A DNA stretch of 64,000 nt, taken from the NCBI GenBank assembly GCA_023228325.1, contig JALOBK010000001.1, positions 995,570-1,059,569 on the forward strand. The letters run 5' to 3'. A program made the translations under genes and the position numbers. This document shows positions 44,074 to 53,763 of this stretch, in pieces. This DNA is from a bacterium (GTDB lineage Bacteria; Auribacterota; UBA6266). The notes below the pieces were generated by a model that was not told where the DNA came from, ran no database searches, and saw nothing but the letters and a program-made list of their open reading frames with translations. Numbering within the stretch: position 1 is the first letter of the stretch; each line of letters begins with the position of its first letter.

Positions 44074-44514
44074 ATGCAGCACGGTAAAAAGAAATCAAAT
44101 AAGCTGAATATGCAGGCGGCGCACAGGAAGTCGGTATTCTCCAATCTTTTGTGCCAGCTTATAAATCACGGGAGAATCAAAACCACAGAAGTAAAGGCAA
44201 AACAGCTTGTAAAACAGGCCGACAAAATAATTACTGTCGCTAAAAAACAGACGCTTCATGCCAGAAGAACGGCTGTTTCAATACTCAATAACAAAAAAGC
44301 CGTCAAAAAGCTTTTTTCCGAGATAGCGAAACATTTTGAGAACAGGAAAGGCGGTTATTCAAAAGTAATTAAAACAACTTACAGGCGGGGTGACGCAGCT
44401 CCTCTTGCTATTGTCGAGCTTATAGATTTTCAGCCGGTTGCGGGAACGGATAAAAAAGATAAGGATAAAAAAGTTTCAAAACCAAAACCAAAGCCGAAAC
44501 CGAAAGCAAAGTAG
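44074..44514 (+). CDS. rplQ: 50S ribosomal protein L17 with a C-terminal KP-repeat tail
   Basis: L17 core; tail KKDKDKKVSKPKPKPKPKAK. Confidence 0.93.
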   Translation: MQHGKKKSNKLNMQAAHRKSVFSNLLCQLINHGRIKTTEVKAKQLVKQADKIITVAKKQTLHARRTAVSILNNKKAVKKLFSEIAKHFENRKGGYSKVIKTTYRRGDAAPLAIVELIDFQPVAGTDKKDKDKKVSKPKPKPKPKAK

Positions 44515-44535
44515 CGCGAAATACCTTTTTATCAT

Positions 44536-44571
44536 AAAAAACCCCGCCCTTTAAGGAACGGGGTTTTTTTG
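44536..44571 (+). terminator. Rho-independent terminator (AAAAAACCCCGcccTTTAAGGAACGGGGTTTTTTT) closing the superoperon
   Basis: 5-bp GC stem flanked by A6 and T7 tracts, 22 nt after the rplQ stop. Confidence 0.8.
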
Positions 44572-44609
44572 TTTATTGTTGTTACCTTTAGGAGTAAAAT
44601 TAAATAGAA

Positions 44610-45125
44610 ATGGCTAAAGAAAGCAATACATTGAACCGCGCGGTTTATCTTGCCTTGAGAGATAAGTATTTTTATCATGTCAGGGAGATGTCCGGAGCCG
44701 CGTTTCCAAACAAACCCCTGGATTTCCGGATGAAAAAGCTGGGGGATCTTATAGAACACCTGAATAATGCGGTAAAATACGCCCGTCTGGCCCTGAACGG
44801 CAATAACAGGGATACGGAAGAGTCCGAATTCGCGGATTTTATTGATATACTGAAAGGGTCTGCCGAGGTGGCTTATACGCTGCTTCAGCATGAAAAAATA
44901 CTTTCGGAAAACGAAAAACTGATATCGAAGTTCAGCGGTGTGAGCGATGCGGATATCAGCCAATCGAAAAAACTGCATGGCGAGCGCGCGGCCGAAATAA
45001 TGGCGGGTATGAAGATTTTGATAGAAAAAGGAAAGGGCAGAATCAGCGATATACAGCTGTCGGCGAAAAAAAATTTTTCGAAGGGCGATAAAGACAGGTA
45101 TGAAAGAATGTACAGTATGAATTGA
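44610..45125 (+). CDS. Hypothetical helical protein (171 aa)
   Basis: ORF only; no recognisable motif. Confidence 0.45.
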   Translation: MAKESNTLNRAVYLALRDKYFYHVREMSGAAFPNKPLDFRMKKLGDLIEHLNNAVKYARLALNGNNRDTEESEFADFIDILKGSAEVAYTLLQHEKILSENEKLISKFSGVSDADISQSKKLHGERAAEIMAGMKILIEKGKGRISDIQLSAKKNFSKGDKDRYERMYSMN

Positions 45126-45520
45126 ATCGCAGGGGGAATACGACTATGAAAAAAACGGTTTTGGAAATTTATGCTTTGCTTGTATGTCTGATATCAATAT
45201 TATTTATAATAGTGAACCTGCATGAAGTCCTTTTCGGAGCCGTCAAATTGATTAATCCGGAAATGGCTGTTTCCGAGTATGAGCAGAAACAGTACATGAG
45301 CAATAAAGGATATACTGAAAAGTGGAACGAGAAGAAACTTAAAAGCTATACGGAAGAGCAGATAACGGACATGAGGAAAGGCGACTATAACAGCCTGCTG
45401 GGAGTAAAGAGGAATACGGAAAAAACGAAGCTTGTAAGGTCGGCGCTGTATTTGATAATCGCATCGGCTTTTTTTGCCTGGCACTGGAGGCTGGCCGGGA
45501 AAGAACGTATCAAAAACTGA
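45122..45520 (+). CDS. Hypothetical 2-TM membrane protein (likely start MKKTVLEIY at 45146)
   Basis: ORF with an N-terminal TM helix and a C-terminal TM helix. ATGA overlap with the upstream gene. Confidence 0.45.
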   Translation: MNRRGNTTMKKTVLEIYALLVCLISILFIIVNLHEVLFGAVKLINPEMAVSEYEQKQYMSNKGYTEKWNEKKLKSYTEEQITDMRKGDYNSLLGVKRNTEKTKLVRSALYLIIASAFFAWHWRLAGKERIKN

Positions 45521-45534
45521 ACAGGAGAGCGCAA

Positions 45535-45960
45535 ATGCAGGAATGCGTATTCTGTAAAATAGTCGGCAACAAAATACCTTCGGTTAATATATATGATTCG
45601 GGCAGGTCTCTTGCCTTTATGGATATAATGCCCGCGCGCAAAGGACATGTGCTTATTATACCTAAGAAGCATGGAGAGATATTGACGGATATACCCGAAG
45701 AAGATTTAAAGGATGTTATACTGACTGTTAAAAAAGTAACGGGTGCTATGTTCAAAGCACTGTGTTGCGACGGAATAAATGTTCATCAGTGCAACAGGCC
45801 TGCGGCCGGACAGGTTGTTGACCATGTCCATTTTCATCTGATTCCCAGAGTTGAAGGGGACAATCTTAATTTCGGCTGGCCGCATGAAACCTATGATAAA
45901 GGTGAAATGGAAAAAACAGCGGATAAAATCAGGTCCTCCCTTTATATTTCAATGACATGA
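45535..45960 (+). CDS. HIT-family (histidine triad) nucleotide hydrolase
   Basis: HVHFHLIP (HxHxHxx) motif plus an N-terminal CxxC. Confidence 0.85.
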   Translation: MQECVFCKIVGNKIPSVNIYDSGRSLAFMDIMPARKGHVLIIPKKHGEILTDIPEEDLKDVILTVKKVTGAMFKALCCDGINVHQCNRPAAGQVVDHVHFHLIPRVEGDNLNFGWPHETYDKGEMEKTADKIRSSLYISMT

Positions 45961-46301
45961 GATCCAGAAGCGCTTTTCTAGAGATTTTAGCTCAGAATAT
46001 CGGGGATAAACACCCTTATAGCATAGAGGCTTACAATTTTGTTATTATGGCGCTTGCTTTTGCCAGGAAGAAAATAGGTTCTGCCGGAGATGTGCCGGCG
46101 TCGGAATTCATCAAAGCGCTGGGAGGTTATGCCGAAAGGGAATTCGGTCCGATGGCGAGGAAAGTGCTCGAACACTGGGGATTGAAATCGTTTAAAGATT
46201 TTGGCGAAATAGTGTTTAATATGTCCCAATGGGATTTGCTTGAAATGTCAGGGAATGATAAAATAGAAGAGTTTTTGGATGCCGGGGATTTCAAATTCTG
46301 A
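45957..46301 (+). CDS. Hypothetical protein (114 aa)
   Basis: ORF overlapping the HIT gene stop (ATGA); no recognisable motif. Confidence 0.45.
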   Translation: MRSRSAFLEILAQNIGDKHPYSIEAYNFVIMALAFARKKIGSAGDVPASEFIKALGGYAEREFGPMARKVLEHWGLKSFKDFGEIVFNMSQWDLLEMSGNDKIEEFLDAGDFKF

Positions 46302-46322
46302 TGATAAAGGGGTGTTTTAAGT

Positions 46323-48986
46323 ATGGCGTCGAAAAGAAATAAGTGGTTCTGGGTGGTTTTGATAATTCCGGTGGTTGTTATCTGGGTCTGCATAAACTAT
46401 TCCAAGTGGTGGGGAAAGCTTTCACCCGGGGATATAATAGATTCCCTTTACAGTAAAAACAGGCTTGTAACAAGCGAACTTGATAACGGGCTTCAGATTC
46501 TGGTCCTGGAAAACAATTCCGCCCCGGTCGTTTCAATAAGGTATTACGTCAAGACCGGAAGCGTATTTGAAGGGAAATACGGCGGGATGGGTATTTCGCA
46601 TTATGTCGAACATCTTGTTTGCGGAGGCTCTACGTCCGGAATGAGTGAAATCCAGGTGCAGGAGATTTTAAGGGAGCTGGGGGGAGCATCCAATGCGTAT
46701 ACATCCAAAGACAGCACCTGTTATTACATAAATACCAGCCCGGAAAACTTTGAAAAGGCATTTAACCTGATTACCACAAATATTTTTGAAGCGGCGCTGT
46801 CTCCCGAAGAAGTGGAAAGAGAAAAAGGCGTAATAATAAAGGAAATCGAGAGGGCTCTCGACAAGCCCGAATCTATATTGTTCAAGACACTGGATGAGCT
46901 TACTTACGGAGACCACCCGGCGGCATTTCCCATTATAGGATATCTTGAACGGTTTAAAAAAATAAAGAGAGAAGATATCCTCGATTATTATAGCGGCAGA
47001 TATGTCCCGAACAATGTCGTGCTTGTTATCTGCGGCAATGTAAAGGCGTCTAAAATACTTCCCAGGATGGAAGTTTCGCTGTTGAAATATGAGAGGGGAC
47101 CTGAGATGAACAGGACGCTTCCCGAATCATTTCTCCAGCTGACGGGCAAGCGGGCCGAGAAATACCTTGATATAGCAAAAGCCCACTATATTATGAGTTT
47201 TAAGACAGTTGATATTTACGACGAAGACCTTTATGCCCTGGATCTGCTGGCAGAGATACTGTCGGCGGGTGAGAGCTCCATTTTTCAAAAGGAGATAAAG
47301 CATAACAGGGAATTGGTTGACGTAATAAGTTCCGCGTCTTTCACCCCTTCTTATGCGCCCGGGTATTTTTATATTTATTCGGTTCTGGAACAGGAAAAAT
47401 TATCCCCCTCCCGCCACGCCGTGCTTAAGGAAATAAGACATGTCAAGGAGAAGGGCGTTAAAAAATCAGTTATTGAAAAAGTGAAAAAGATAATTATAAC
47501 AAATTATATTTTCCGCCTGAGGGGAATCGAAGCTCAGGCTTCCGATATCGGATCGTCATATCTTATTTCGGGGGATCCCTTTTTTACCAGGCGCTATCTT
47601 AAGGGAATCCTTGATGTTACCTCTGAAGACCTGAAAAGAGTGGCGCGGAAGTACTTCAATCAGGACAACCTGATTGAAATTTCGGTGGCGAAAAAAGAAG
47701 CTGCAGTCCCTGTCGAGCAAAAAGAGAAAGAGGAAGCGTCCGATATCAAAGAGTTCAGCCTTGATAACGGGGTGAAACTTATCATGAAAAACAACCCTTC
47801 GACTCCGACAGTTGCCATAGTAGCCTGTTTTAAGGGGGGGCTGGTAGAGGAAAACATGGATAATTCCGGGATATTTAATTTCATGGCGTCGCTTATGGAT
47901 AAAGGGACAGAGGAAACCAGCGCGGCTCAGATGGCCGAAAGGATAGACAGGATAGGAGGCAATGTTTCGGTCGCGGCGGGCAATAATAATGTTATTATAG
48001 GAATATCGGTGTTAAAAGACGAGGTTAAAGAAGGAATCAGCATATTAAAAGAAATTGTTTCGAAAGCGAATTTCAACGGCATTGAAGTTGAGAAACAGAG
48101 AAGACTTATACTTTCTTCCATCGAGCGTCTTAATGACAACCCCGTCACGGAAGCGGCAATATTGTCAAGAAAGGCCTATTTCGGGGAACATCCCTACGGG
48201 ATGGAGCTGATAGGCGGAAAAACCTCTGTTGAAAATATTGTGCGCTCAGACCTTCGGGATATTTATGCTGAATACATCAGGCCGGACAATTGTATACTGG
48301 CTGTATTCGGGGATATTGATTTTAAAAAGACGATAAATATACTTAATGAGGAACTGGGCGAATGGCGGGCGGATAAATTCAGAGAAAAAGAAATTCCGGG
48401 TTTTGCTCCTCCTGAAAATTACAAAATAGTCCAGAAAAAGACCACAAAAAACAACGCGGTGATTGTAGAAACATACCCCGCCTGCGGGTTTAATTCAGAG
48501 GATTACTATTGTTTTGATGTAATTGACAGCCTGGTCTCAGGGATTGATTATCCCGGAGGGTGGCTGCACGAAGCGTTGAGGGGAAGCGATAAGCTGGTCT
48601 ATATGGTGCATGCCCAGTTTATGCCCAAGCTGAAAACGGGGACATTTACGGTTTTTGCCGAAACCTCGCCCGATAAGATCCAACAGGTTCTTGATAAGAT
48701 GAATGTGCAGTTTGACCGGCTCAGAAACAAAGAGTTTACTGATGATGAACTGGAAATAGCGAAAAACATTTGTATTACAATGCATCAAATGGGATTGCAG
48801 ACCAATGAAGAACAGGCGGCGGATACGGTGCTGAACCTCAGATATGACAGGGGATTGGATTTCAGCAAGCAATACCCCGGAAATATAAAGAAGGTAACAA
48901 GGGCGGATATAGAAAAGTGCATAGACAGGTATTTTAACAAAGGGCCTATTACGGTTGTAACCAGCCCTCTGGCAATAGAGTTTTAA
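46323..48986 (+). CDS. Membrane-anchored fused M16 (pitrilysin/PqqL-like) zinc peptidase with two M16 halves
   Basis: N-terminal TM helix. Inverted zinc motif HYVEH (HxxEH) near residue 95. 887 aa, consistent with an active N-half and an inactive C-half. Confidence 0.85.
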   Translation: MASKRNKWFWVVLIIPVVVIWVCINYSKWWGKLSPGDIIDSLYSKNRLVTSELDNGLQILVLENNSAPVVSIRYYVKTGSVFEGKYGGMGISHYVEHLVCGGSTSGMSEIQVQEILRELGGASNAYTSKDSTCYYINTSPENFEKAFNLITTNIFEAALSPEEVEREKGVIIKEIERALDKPESILFKTLDELTYGDHPAAFPIIGYLERFKKIKREDILDYYSGRYVPNNVVLVICGNVKASKILPRMEVSLLKYERGPEMNRTLPESFLQLTGKRAEKYLDIAKAHYIMSFKTVDIYDEDLYALDLLAEILSAGESSIFQKEIKHNRELVDVISSASFTPSYAPGYFYIYSVLEQEKLSPSRHAVLKEIRHVKEKGVKKSVIEKVKKIIITNYIFRLRGIEAQASDIGSSYLISGDPFFTRRYLKGILDVTSEDLKRVARKYFNQDNLIEISVAKKEAAVPVEQKEKEEASDIKEFSLDNGVKLIMKNNPSTPTVAIVACFKGGLVEENMDNSGIFNFMASLMDKGTEETSAAQMAERIDRIGGNVSVAAGNNNVIIGISVLKDEVKEGISILKEIVSKANFNGIEVEKQRRLILSSIERLNDNPVTEAAILSRKAYFGEHPYGMELIGGKTSVENIVRSDLRDIYAEYIRPDNCILAVFGDIDFKKTINILNEELGEWRADKFREKEIPGFAPPENYKIVQKKTTKNNAVIVETYPACGFNSEDYYCFDVIDSLVSGIDYPGGWLHEALRGSDKLVYMVHAQFMPKLKTGTFTVFAETSPDKIQQVLDKMNVQFDRLRNKEFTDDELEIAKNICITMHQMGLQTNEEQAADTVLNLRYDRGLDFSKQYPGNIKKVTRADIEKCIDRYFNKGPITVVTSPLAIEF

Positions 48987-49000
48987 CGGGAGAATATCCA

Positions 49001-49309
49001 ATGGATTCCAATCAGGGACAGAAGAAGGAAATACAGTTTATCGGGTTTATATCCATATTCGGCAATTCTGCCATGCAGGCTATGGGAAAGACGGCAAATC
49101 CGTTTAACGGCAAAATCGAAAAGAACATGGAAACGGCAAAGGCTTCTATAGACCTTCTCGAGCTTCTGGAGGAGAAAACAAAAGGGAATCTTACGCAAAA
49201 TGAACAGAAAGCGCTTGAATCTCTTCTTACGAACCTCAGGCTGAATTATGCCGATGAGATGAAAAAACCCGAAAAGAAGGAAGAAAACCCGGAACAGGAA
49301 AAGAAATGA
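49001..49309 (+). CDS. Small acidic/Lys-rich protein resembling DUF1844-type proteins
   Basis: Pattern F..F.S.FG..A...MG...NPF.GK.E......A...IDLLELLEEKTKGNL; assignment is from memory and unverified. Confidence 0.45.
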   Translation: MDSNQGQKKEIQFIGFISIFGNSAMQAMGKTANPFNGKIEKNMETAKASIDLLELLEEKTKGNLTQNEQKALESLLTNLRLNYADEMKKPEKKEENPEQEKK

Positions 49310-49863
49310 ATTGGGAAATTGAAAAACGGCACAAGCAGTGCGACAACTGCTCCTGTATATTTGTAACCGGTGATGTCTGCCACACGGCATTTGACTATTC
49401 TGACGATGAGGAAACCGGCACAAGACAGGATCTATGCGATAAATGCTGGTCTGATGTCAGATCCGGAGATCAAAATCAGGGACATAAAAAAATTTACTGG
49501 CAGGGGATTGTAAGGATAAAACCTCCCGGGGAAAAACCTGAGGTTATAAAAAAGAATTCCGCGGAAGATATGCTAAGGAATATAGTGCACTCCAATGACC
49601 CGGCAAAAATAAATGTAAGTTATATACTTGGGCTGATGCTTGAAAGGAAGAAGGTCTTTATCGTTATTGATAATATTATCGAGAAAGAAACAGGCCGGAA
49701 GCTTATTGTATACGAGAATTCAAAATCCGGCGAAAATTTTATAATAACGGATCCCGGGATAACCCCGGATAAGGTCGGCGAAGTCCAGAAACATGTTATT
49801 GAACTGCTTGACGGGTCCGCAGATAATGAACCTGCCGCGCAAAATGCCGAAAAAGAATTTTAG
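49306..49863 (+). CDS. Hypothetical protein with N-terminal zinc-ribbon-like Cys cluster (CDNCSC...C...CDKC)
   Basis: ORF with ATGA overlap with the upstream gene; no recognisable domain. Confidence 0.45.
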   Translation: MNWEIEKRHKQCDNCSCIFVTGDVCHTAFDYSDDEETGTRQDLCDKCWSDVRSGDQNQGHKKIYWQGIVRIKPPGEKPEVIKKNSAEDMLRNIVHSNDPAKINVSYILGLMLERKKVFIVIDNIIEKETGRKLIVYENSKSGENFIITDPGITPDKVGEVQKHVIELLDGSADNEPAAQNAEKEF

Positions 49864-49870
49864 CCGCCGC

Positions 49871-50530
49871 TTACCAGTACCCGAACTTACCCGTACAGAG
49901 AACATATATCCCGAGGCATAAATTTGTAGTTGCATGGGCGACGATACAGTCAAAAATTTTTCTGCGCCTGTAAAGCAGCAGTGTAAAAAGAATCCCTGTG
50001 GCAATTGCGCCCGGCCATTCCCAGAGGCGGTGGCCCAGAACAAAAAGGATTATGCTGCCGATGAATGAAAACCAGGTGAATTTCCCCATAGGAACTGATT
50101 TGAAATCATCTGAATTTATCAGCCAGCGGATAATGAATGAACGCATAAAAAGTTCTTCAAAAACAGGGACAATAAGAAAAGAGCCTCCTATCCTGAAAAA
50201 TATAAGCAGCAGAGAAACAGATTTATTGATCCGGAAAGGGGTGTATTCCGCCGGGGGCGGATGGAATATTTTGAAAGGCGTATATTCGGTGAAAGCTATC
50301 CACAATATGAATCCCAGTATGCCGGCCGCAAAAGCGAAAAACGAAAAATCAAATTCGATTTCAGAATATGTTTTGAACCAGTAAAGGACGAAGGATGCGG
50401 TAATTATGGTTTTTGGAATGTAAATAAAATAGCCGCAGCCGGGAAAGTAATGAGCAAAAGAACCTATTAAAATAAATGTAAAATAAGGTACTATATATGG
50501 GATAATAGGTTTCCAGTTCTTCATTAACAT
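49871..50530 (-). CDS. CPBP-family (CAAX protease/Abi) intramembrane metalloprotease
   Basis: Motifs EELFMRSF (EExxxR), FVLGH and HATTN (HxxxN) in a polytopic protein. The start is trimmed to MLMKNW so as not to overlap the divergent amidohydrolase gene. Confidence 0.75.
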   Translation of the reverse strand: MLMKNWKPIIPYIVPYFTFILIGSFAHYFPGCGYFIYIPKTIITASFVLYWFKTYSEIEFDFSFFAFAAGILGFILWIAFTEYTPFKIFHPPPAEYTPFRINKSVSLLLIFFRIGGSFLIVPVFEELFMRSFIIRWLINSDDFKSVPMGKFTWFSFIGSIILFVLGHRLWEWPGAIATGILFTLLLYRRRKIFDCIVAHATTNLCLGIYVLCTGKFGYW

Positions 50531-50583
50531 GAAGATATCAAAAATGTTGTTAAAATCAAAGCCATAAAAACCGGAGCGCCCGG

Positions 50584-52167
50584 ATGTTCGATTTGTTGAT
50601 AAAAAACGCAAAAATCTTTGACGGGGAAGTATTCCTTGAGCCGGGCCTGTTCGTCGGTATAACAGGTTCGGAAATAGTGTATATAGGCGGTATAAAAGAA
50701 GCGGCAAAAAGGGTTATTGACGCGGAAGGCAATGTCCTTTCCCCCGGGTTTATCGACATCCATTCCCATTCGGAATTTACCGTACTGGCAAATCCTTCCT
50801 CCGACAGCAAAATAAGGCAGGGAGTCACGACTGAAATAACCGGTAACTGCGGTTCCGGGCCCTGGCCCGTCAAAAATGCCGCGGCGGCAAGGATAAAAGA
50901 GAGGTTGTCCTCTCTGGGACTTAAACTTGAGTGGGATTCTCTCAGGGATTATTTCGGTTTTGTTTCAAACCTCAGGCCCGCCGTTAATATAGGTGTATTG
51001 ATAGGACTGGGGAATGTAAGGGGTTCTGTGGTCGGATATGAAAACAGGATTTCCGGCAAAGAAGAGCTGGAAGAGATGAAAAAACTTGTGGATGAAGGCA
51101 TGAACCACGGGGCGCTGGGTGTTTCCAGCGGACTTATGTATCCGCCGGGTGTTTATACCGGAGTAGATGAGATTATTTCCTGCGCGGGAGTCGCGGGCAG
51201 ATACGGGGGTATCTACTCCACTCATATGAGAAATGAGTCGGAAAGTCTTGTTGAAGCTGTTGCGGAAGCCTTAAAAATAGGCAGGGAATCAAATATAAAA
51301 GTTCAGATATCCCATTTAAAGACAGCAGGCAGATTAAACTGGGATAAACTCGAAAAAGCCTGCAATCTGATTGAGCAGGCGCGCAGGGATGGGCTTGATG
51401 TCACCTGTGACCGCTATCCTTATACAGCTTCATATACAAGCCTTGATATTGTGCTGCCGGACTGGATGTTTGAAGGCGGAAATGCAAAAGAACTTGAAAG
51501 GCTTAAAGATCCTTCGATAAGAGCTGAACTGGCCGGGGGGCTGGAGAGAGAAAAAAATGACAGCTACTGGCATACCGTTAAGGTTCTTTCTGTTTCAAGT
51601 CCGGGAAATAAAGAGCTGGAAGGCAGGTCGGTGGCGGAAATAGCGCGGATGAACAATAAAAAGTCAGTTGATGTTTTGTTCGAGTTGCTTATTGAAGAGA
51701 AACTTGAAGTTTACGCGGCATTTTTCAATATGAGCGAAGAAAACCTATTTAAAATTATCGGCAAAGATTATTGTATGATCGGTTCGGATGCGGCTTCAAG
51801 AAAAGATACCGGAAAACTTGCGAACTCGAAAGTCCACCCGAGGGCATATGGCACATTCCCGCGTGTCGCCGGAAGATTTGTCAGGGAAAACAAGCTGTCG
51901 CTTGAAGACGCCCTGTATAAAATGACCGGTCAGCCGTCAAGGAAATTAAAGATAAAAGACAGGGGGTTCATAAAACGCGGCTGGAAAGCCGATCTTGTGC
52001 TTTTCAATCCAGCTATGCTTGAAGATACCGCCAGTTTTGAATATTCCCACAGATACCCGAAAGGCATTTCGTCCGTTATTGTAAACGGCGTTATGACGGT
52101 TGAAAATAGTGAATATACAGGGTCTAACGGGGGGGGGATCGTTTGCGCGCAGCAACCAAAGCGGTAA
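50584..52167 (+). CDS. N-acyl-D-amino-acid deacylase (D-aminoacylase) family amidohydrolase
   Basis: Starts MFDLLIKNAKIFDG. HxH metal motif FIDIHSHSE. 527 aa. Confidence 0.85.
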   Translation: MFDLLIKNAKIFDGEVFLEPGLFVGITGSEIVYIGGIKEAAKRVIDAEGNVLSPGFIDIHSHSEFTVLANPSSDSKIRQGVTTEITGNCGSGPWPVKNAAAARIKERLSSLGLKLEWDSLRDYFGFVSNLRPAVNIGVLIGLGNVRGSVVGYENRISGKEELEEMKKLVDEGMNHGALGVSSGLMYPPGVYTGVDEIISCAGVAGRYGGIYSTHMRNESESLVEAVAEALKIGRESNIKVQISHLKTAGRLNWDKLEKACNLIEQARRDGLDVTCDRYPYTASYTSLDIVLPDWMFEGGNAKELERLKDPSIRAELAGGLEREKNDSYWHTVKVLSVSSPGNKELEGRSVAEIARMNNKKSVDVLFELLIEEKLEVYAAFFNMSEENLFKIIGKDYCMIGSDAASRKDTGKLANSKVHPRAYGTFPRVAGRFVRENKLSLEDALYKMTGQPSRKLKIKDRGFIKRGWKADLVLFNPAMLEDTASFEYSHRYPKGISSVIVNGVMTVENSEYTGSNGGGIVCAQQPKR

Positions 52168-52211
52168 TTCAGACCCGTGGACTGACTTTAACCCGGCAAG
52201 TTGGTTTATTA

Positions 52212-53720
52212 ATGCGGCGTACAGTTTATATTTTGTTTGCTTTATTGGTTTTTTCGGGTTGCGGCCGGAAAAGAAGCGATTTCAGCACGCTTTTTCTGCG
52301 CCTTGCCGAAGAGCCTTCGACGCTGGATCCGGCGCTTGCGGTTGATGTTTACTCAGGCGGTATAATTGCCAAAATGCATTCAACGCTTGTCAGTTTTGAC
52401 GAAAACCTTAAACTTCTGCCCGATATCGCTGAGAGCTGGGAAATATCCGAAGACGGCAGACAGTATATTTTTCATCTGAAAAAAGGCATAAGGTTCAGCG
52501 ACGGTTCTTCCGTCTCGGCGGGAGACGTGAAAAAATCTTTTGAAAGAATATTGATGCCCGCGACTCTTTCTTCAAGAAAGTGGATGTTTGAAAAAGTGAA
52601 GGGAGCCGCTGATTTTATCTCCGGCAGGGCCAGTGAAATCAGCGGTATGGAAGTATTGGATGAGAATACAATAATTATAAAGCTGGAAGAAGCGTTTGCC
52701 CCTTTCTTAAGCCTTCTCGCTATGCCCAATGCTTCGATAATAAAAATACAGGGTAAAGAGATAACAGGGTGCGGCCCGTATAAACTGGGTCAATGGGCAA
52801 GAGGCGAAAAAATCGTACTGGAGGAAAATCCTGAATATTCAGGCGGAGAAGCCCGCGTAAAAAGAATACTGTACCGCATAATCCCTAATGACTTTACCGC
52901 TGTATCTGAGTTCAGGCAGGGAAAGCTTGATATTATGGGGTTGAATATCCCGATGCTGGATGCTCTTGAAAAAACGGGCTATAAGGATTTATTTTATTCT
53001 AAGCCCGGGCTGAACACCTATTATGTGGGTTTTAATTGCCGGAAAGAACCGTTTAACGATGCCGATGCGAGAAAAATATTTGTAAAAGCCGTGGATAAAA
53101 AACAGATAATAAAATATGTTTTTAATTCCAGGGTTGAACCCGCATATTCCCCGGTTCCGCCGGTTCTCCTGTATGACGGGCTTTGGGCAATGGAGAATAA
53201 TTATGCAGAAGCCGCCGGGAAAGAAGCTGTTAACAGGCCTTTTAAACTTTTGATAAACACGAGCGATGAGATGCAGTCAATTGCCGAGATTTGCCAGCAC
53301 TTCTGGAAAACGCGGGGGATCAAGATTGAAATAGCGCAAAGAGATTGGAACGGCTTTAAAGAAGCTTTAAATAATTCTGAGTTTGATATATTCATCCTTT
53401 CATGGTGGGCGGACTATCCCGATGCGGAAAATTTCCTTTATCCCACTTTTTACTCCGGAAATATCGGCTCCGCGGGGAATAGAACCGGATATTCAAATGC
53501 TGAGTTTGACAGGTTGATAACCGAAGCGAGAGCTGAAATCAACACTGAAGCCCGGCAAAACCTGTACAGAAAGGCCACGGATATAATCGTTGAAGATTCA
53601 CCGTGGATTTTTCTGTGGCACAAAAAAGATTATTGTGTTGTCCAGCCGTGGATTAAGGGCTTTAAAATGTTCCCTCTGTATTATTCCGATAAGGGTACGG
53701 GGATAAAAATAACACACTGA
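52212..53720 (+). CDS. ABC transporter substrate-binding lipoprotein, family 5 (oligopeptide/dipeptide/nickel type)
   Basis: Lipobox LVFSGC. SBP_bac_5-like composition. The ORF-track start at 52143 overlaps the previous gene; the ATG at 52212 gives a proper signal peptide. Confidence 0.8.
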   Translation: MRRTVYILFALLVFSGCGRKRSDFSTLFLRLAEEPSTLDPALAVDVYSGGIIAKMHSTLVSFDENLKLLPDIAESWEISEDGRQYIFHLKKGIRFSDGSSVSAGDVKKSFERILMPATLSSRKWMFEKVKGAADFISGRASEISGMEVLDENTIIIKLEEAFAPFLSLLAMPNASIIKIQGKEITGCGPYKLGQWARGEKIVLEENPEYSGGEARVKRILYRIIPNDFTAVSEFRQGKLDIMGLNIPMLDALEKTGYKDLFYSKPGLNTYYVGFNCRKEPFNDADARKIFVKAVDKKQIIKYVFNSRVEPAYSPVPPVLLYDGLWAMENNYAEAAGKEAVNRPFKLLINTSDEMQSIAEICQHFWKTRGIKIEIAQRDWNGFKEALNNSEFDIFILSWWADYPDAENFLYPTFYSGNIGSAGNRTGYSNAEFDRLITEARAEINTEARQNLYRKATDIIVEDSPWIFLWHKKDYCVVQPWIKGFKMFPLYYSDKGTGIKITH

Positions 53721-53763
53721 CGGATTTTTCAGTTGCCGTCCTGCTTCTGTATATTGTTAAATA

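Noticed and set aside
50531-50707. N-terminal 59 codons of the minus-strand CPBP ORF (MPLLLYRLYT...)
   Set aside because: It overlaps the well-supported start of the divergent D-aminoacylase gene and looks non-protein-like. An internal Met (MLMKNW) begins the TM-rich CPBP core.
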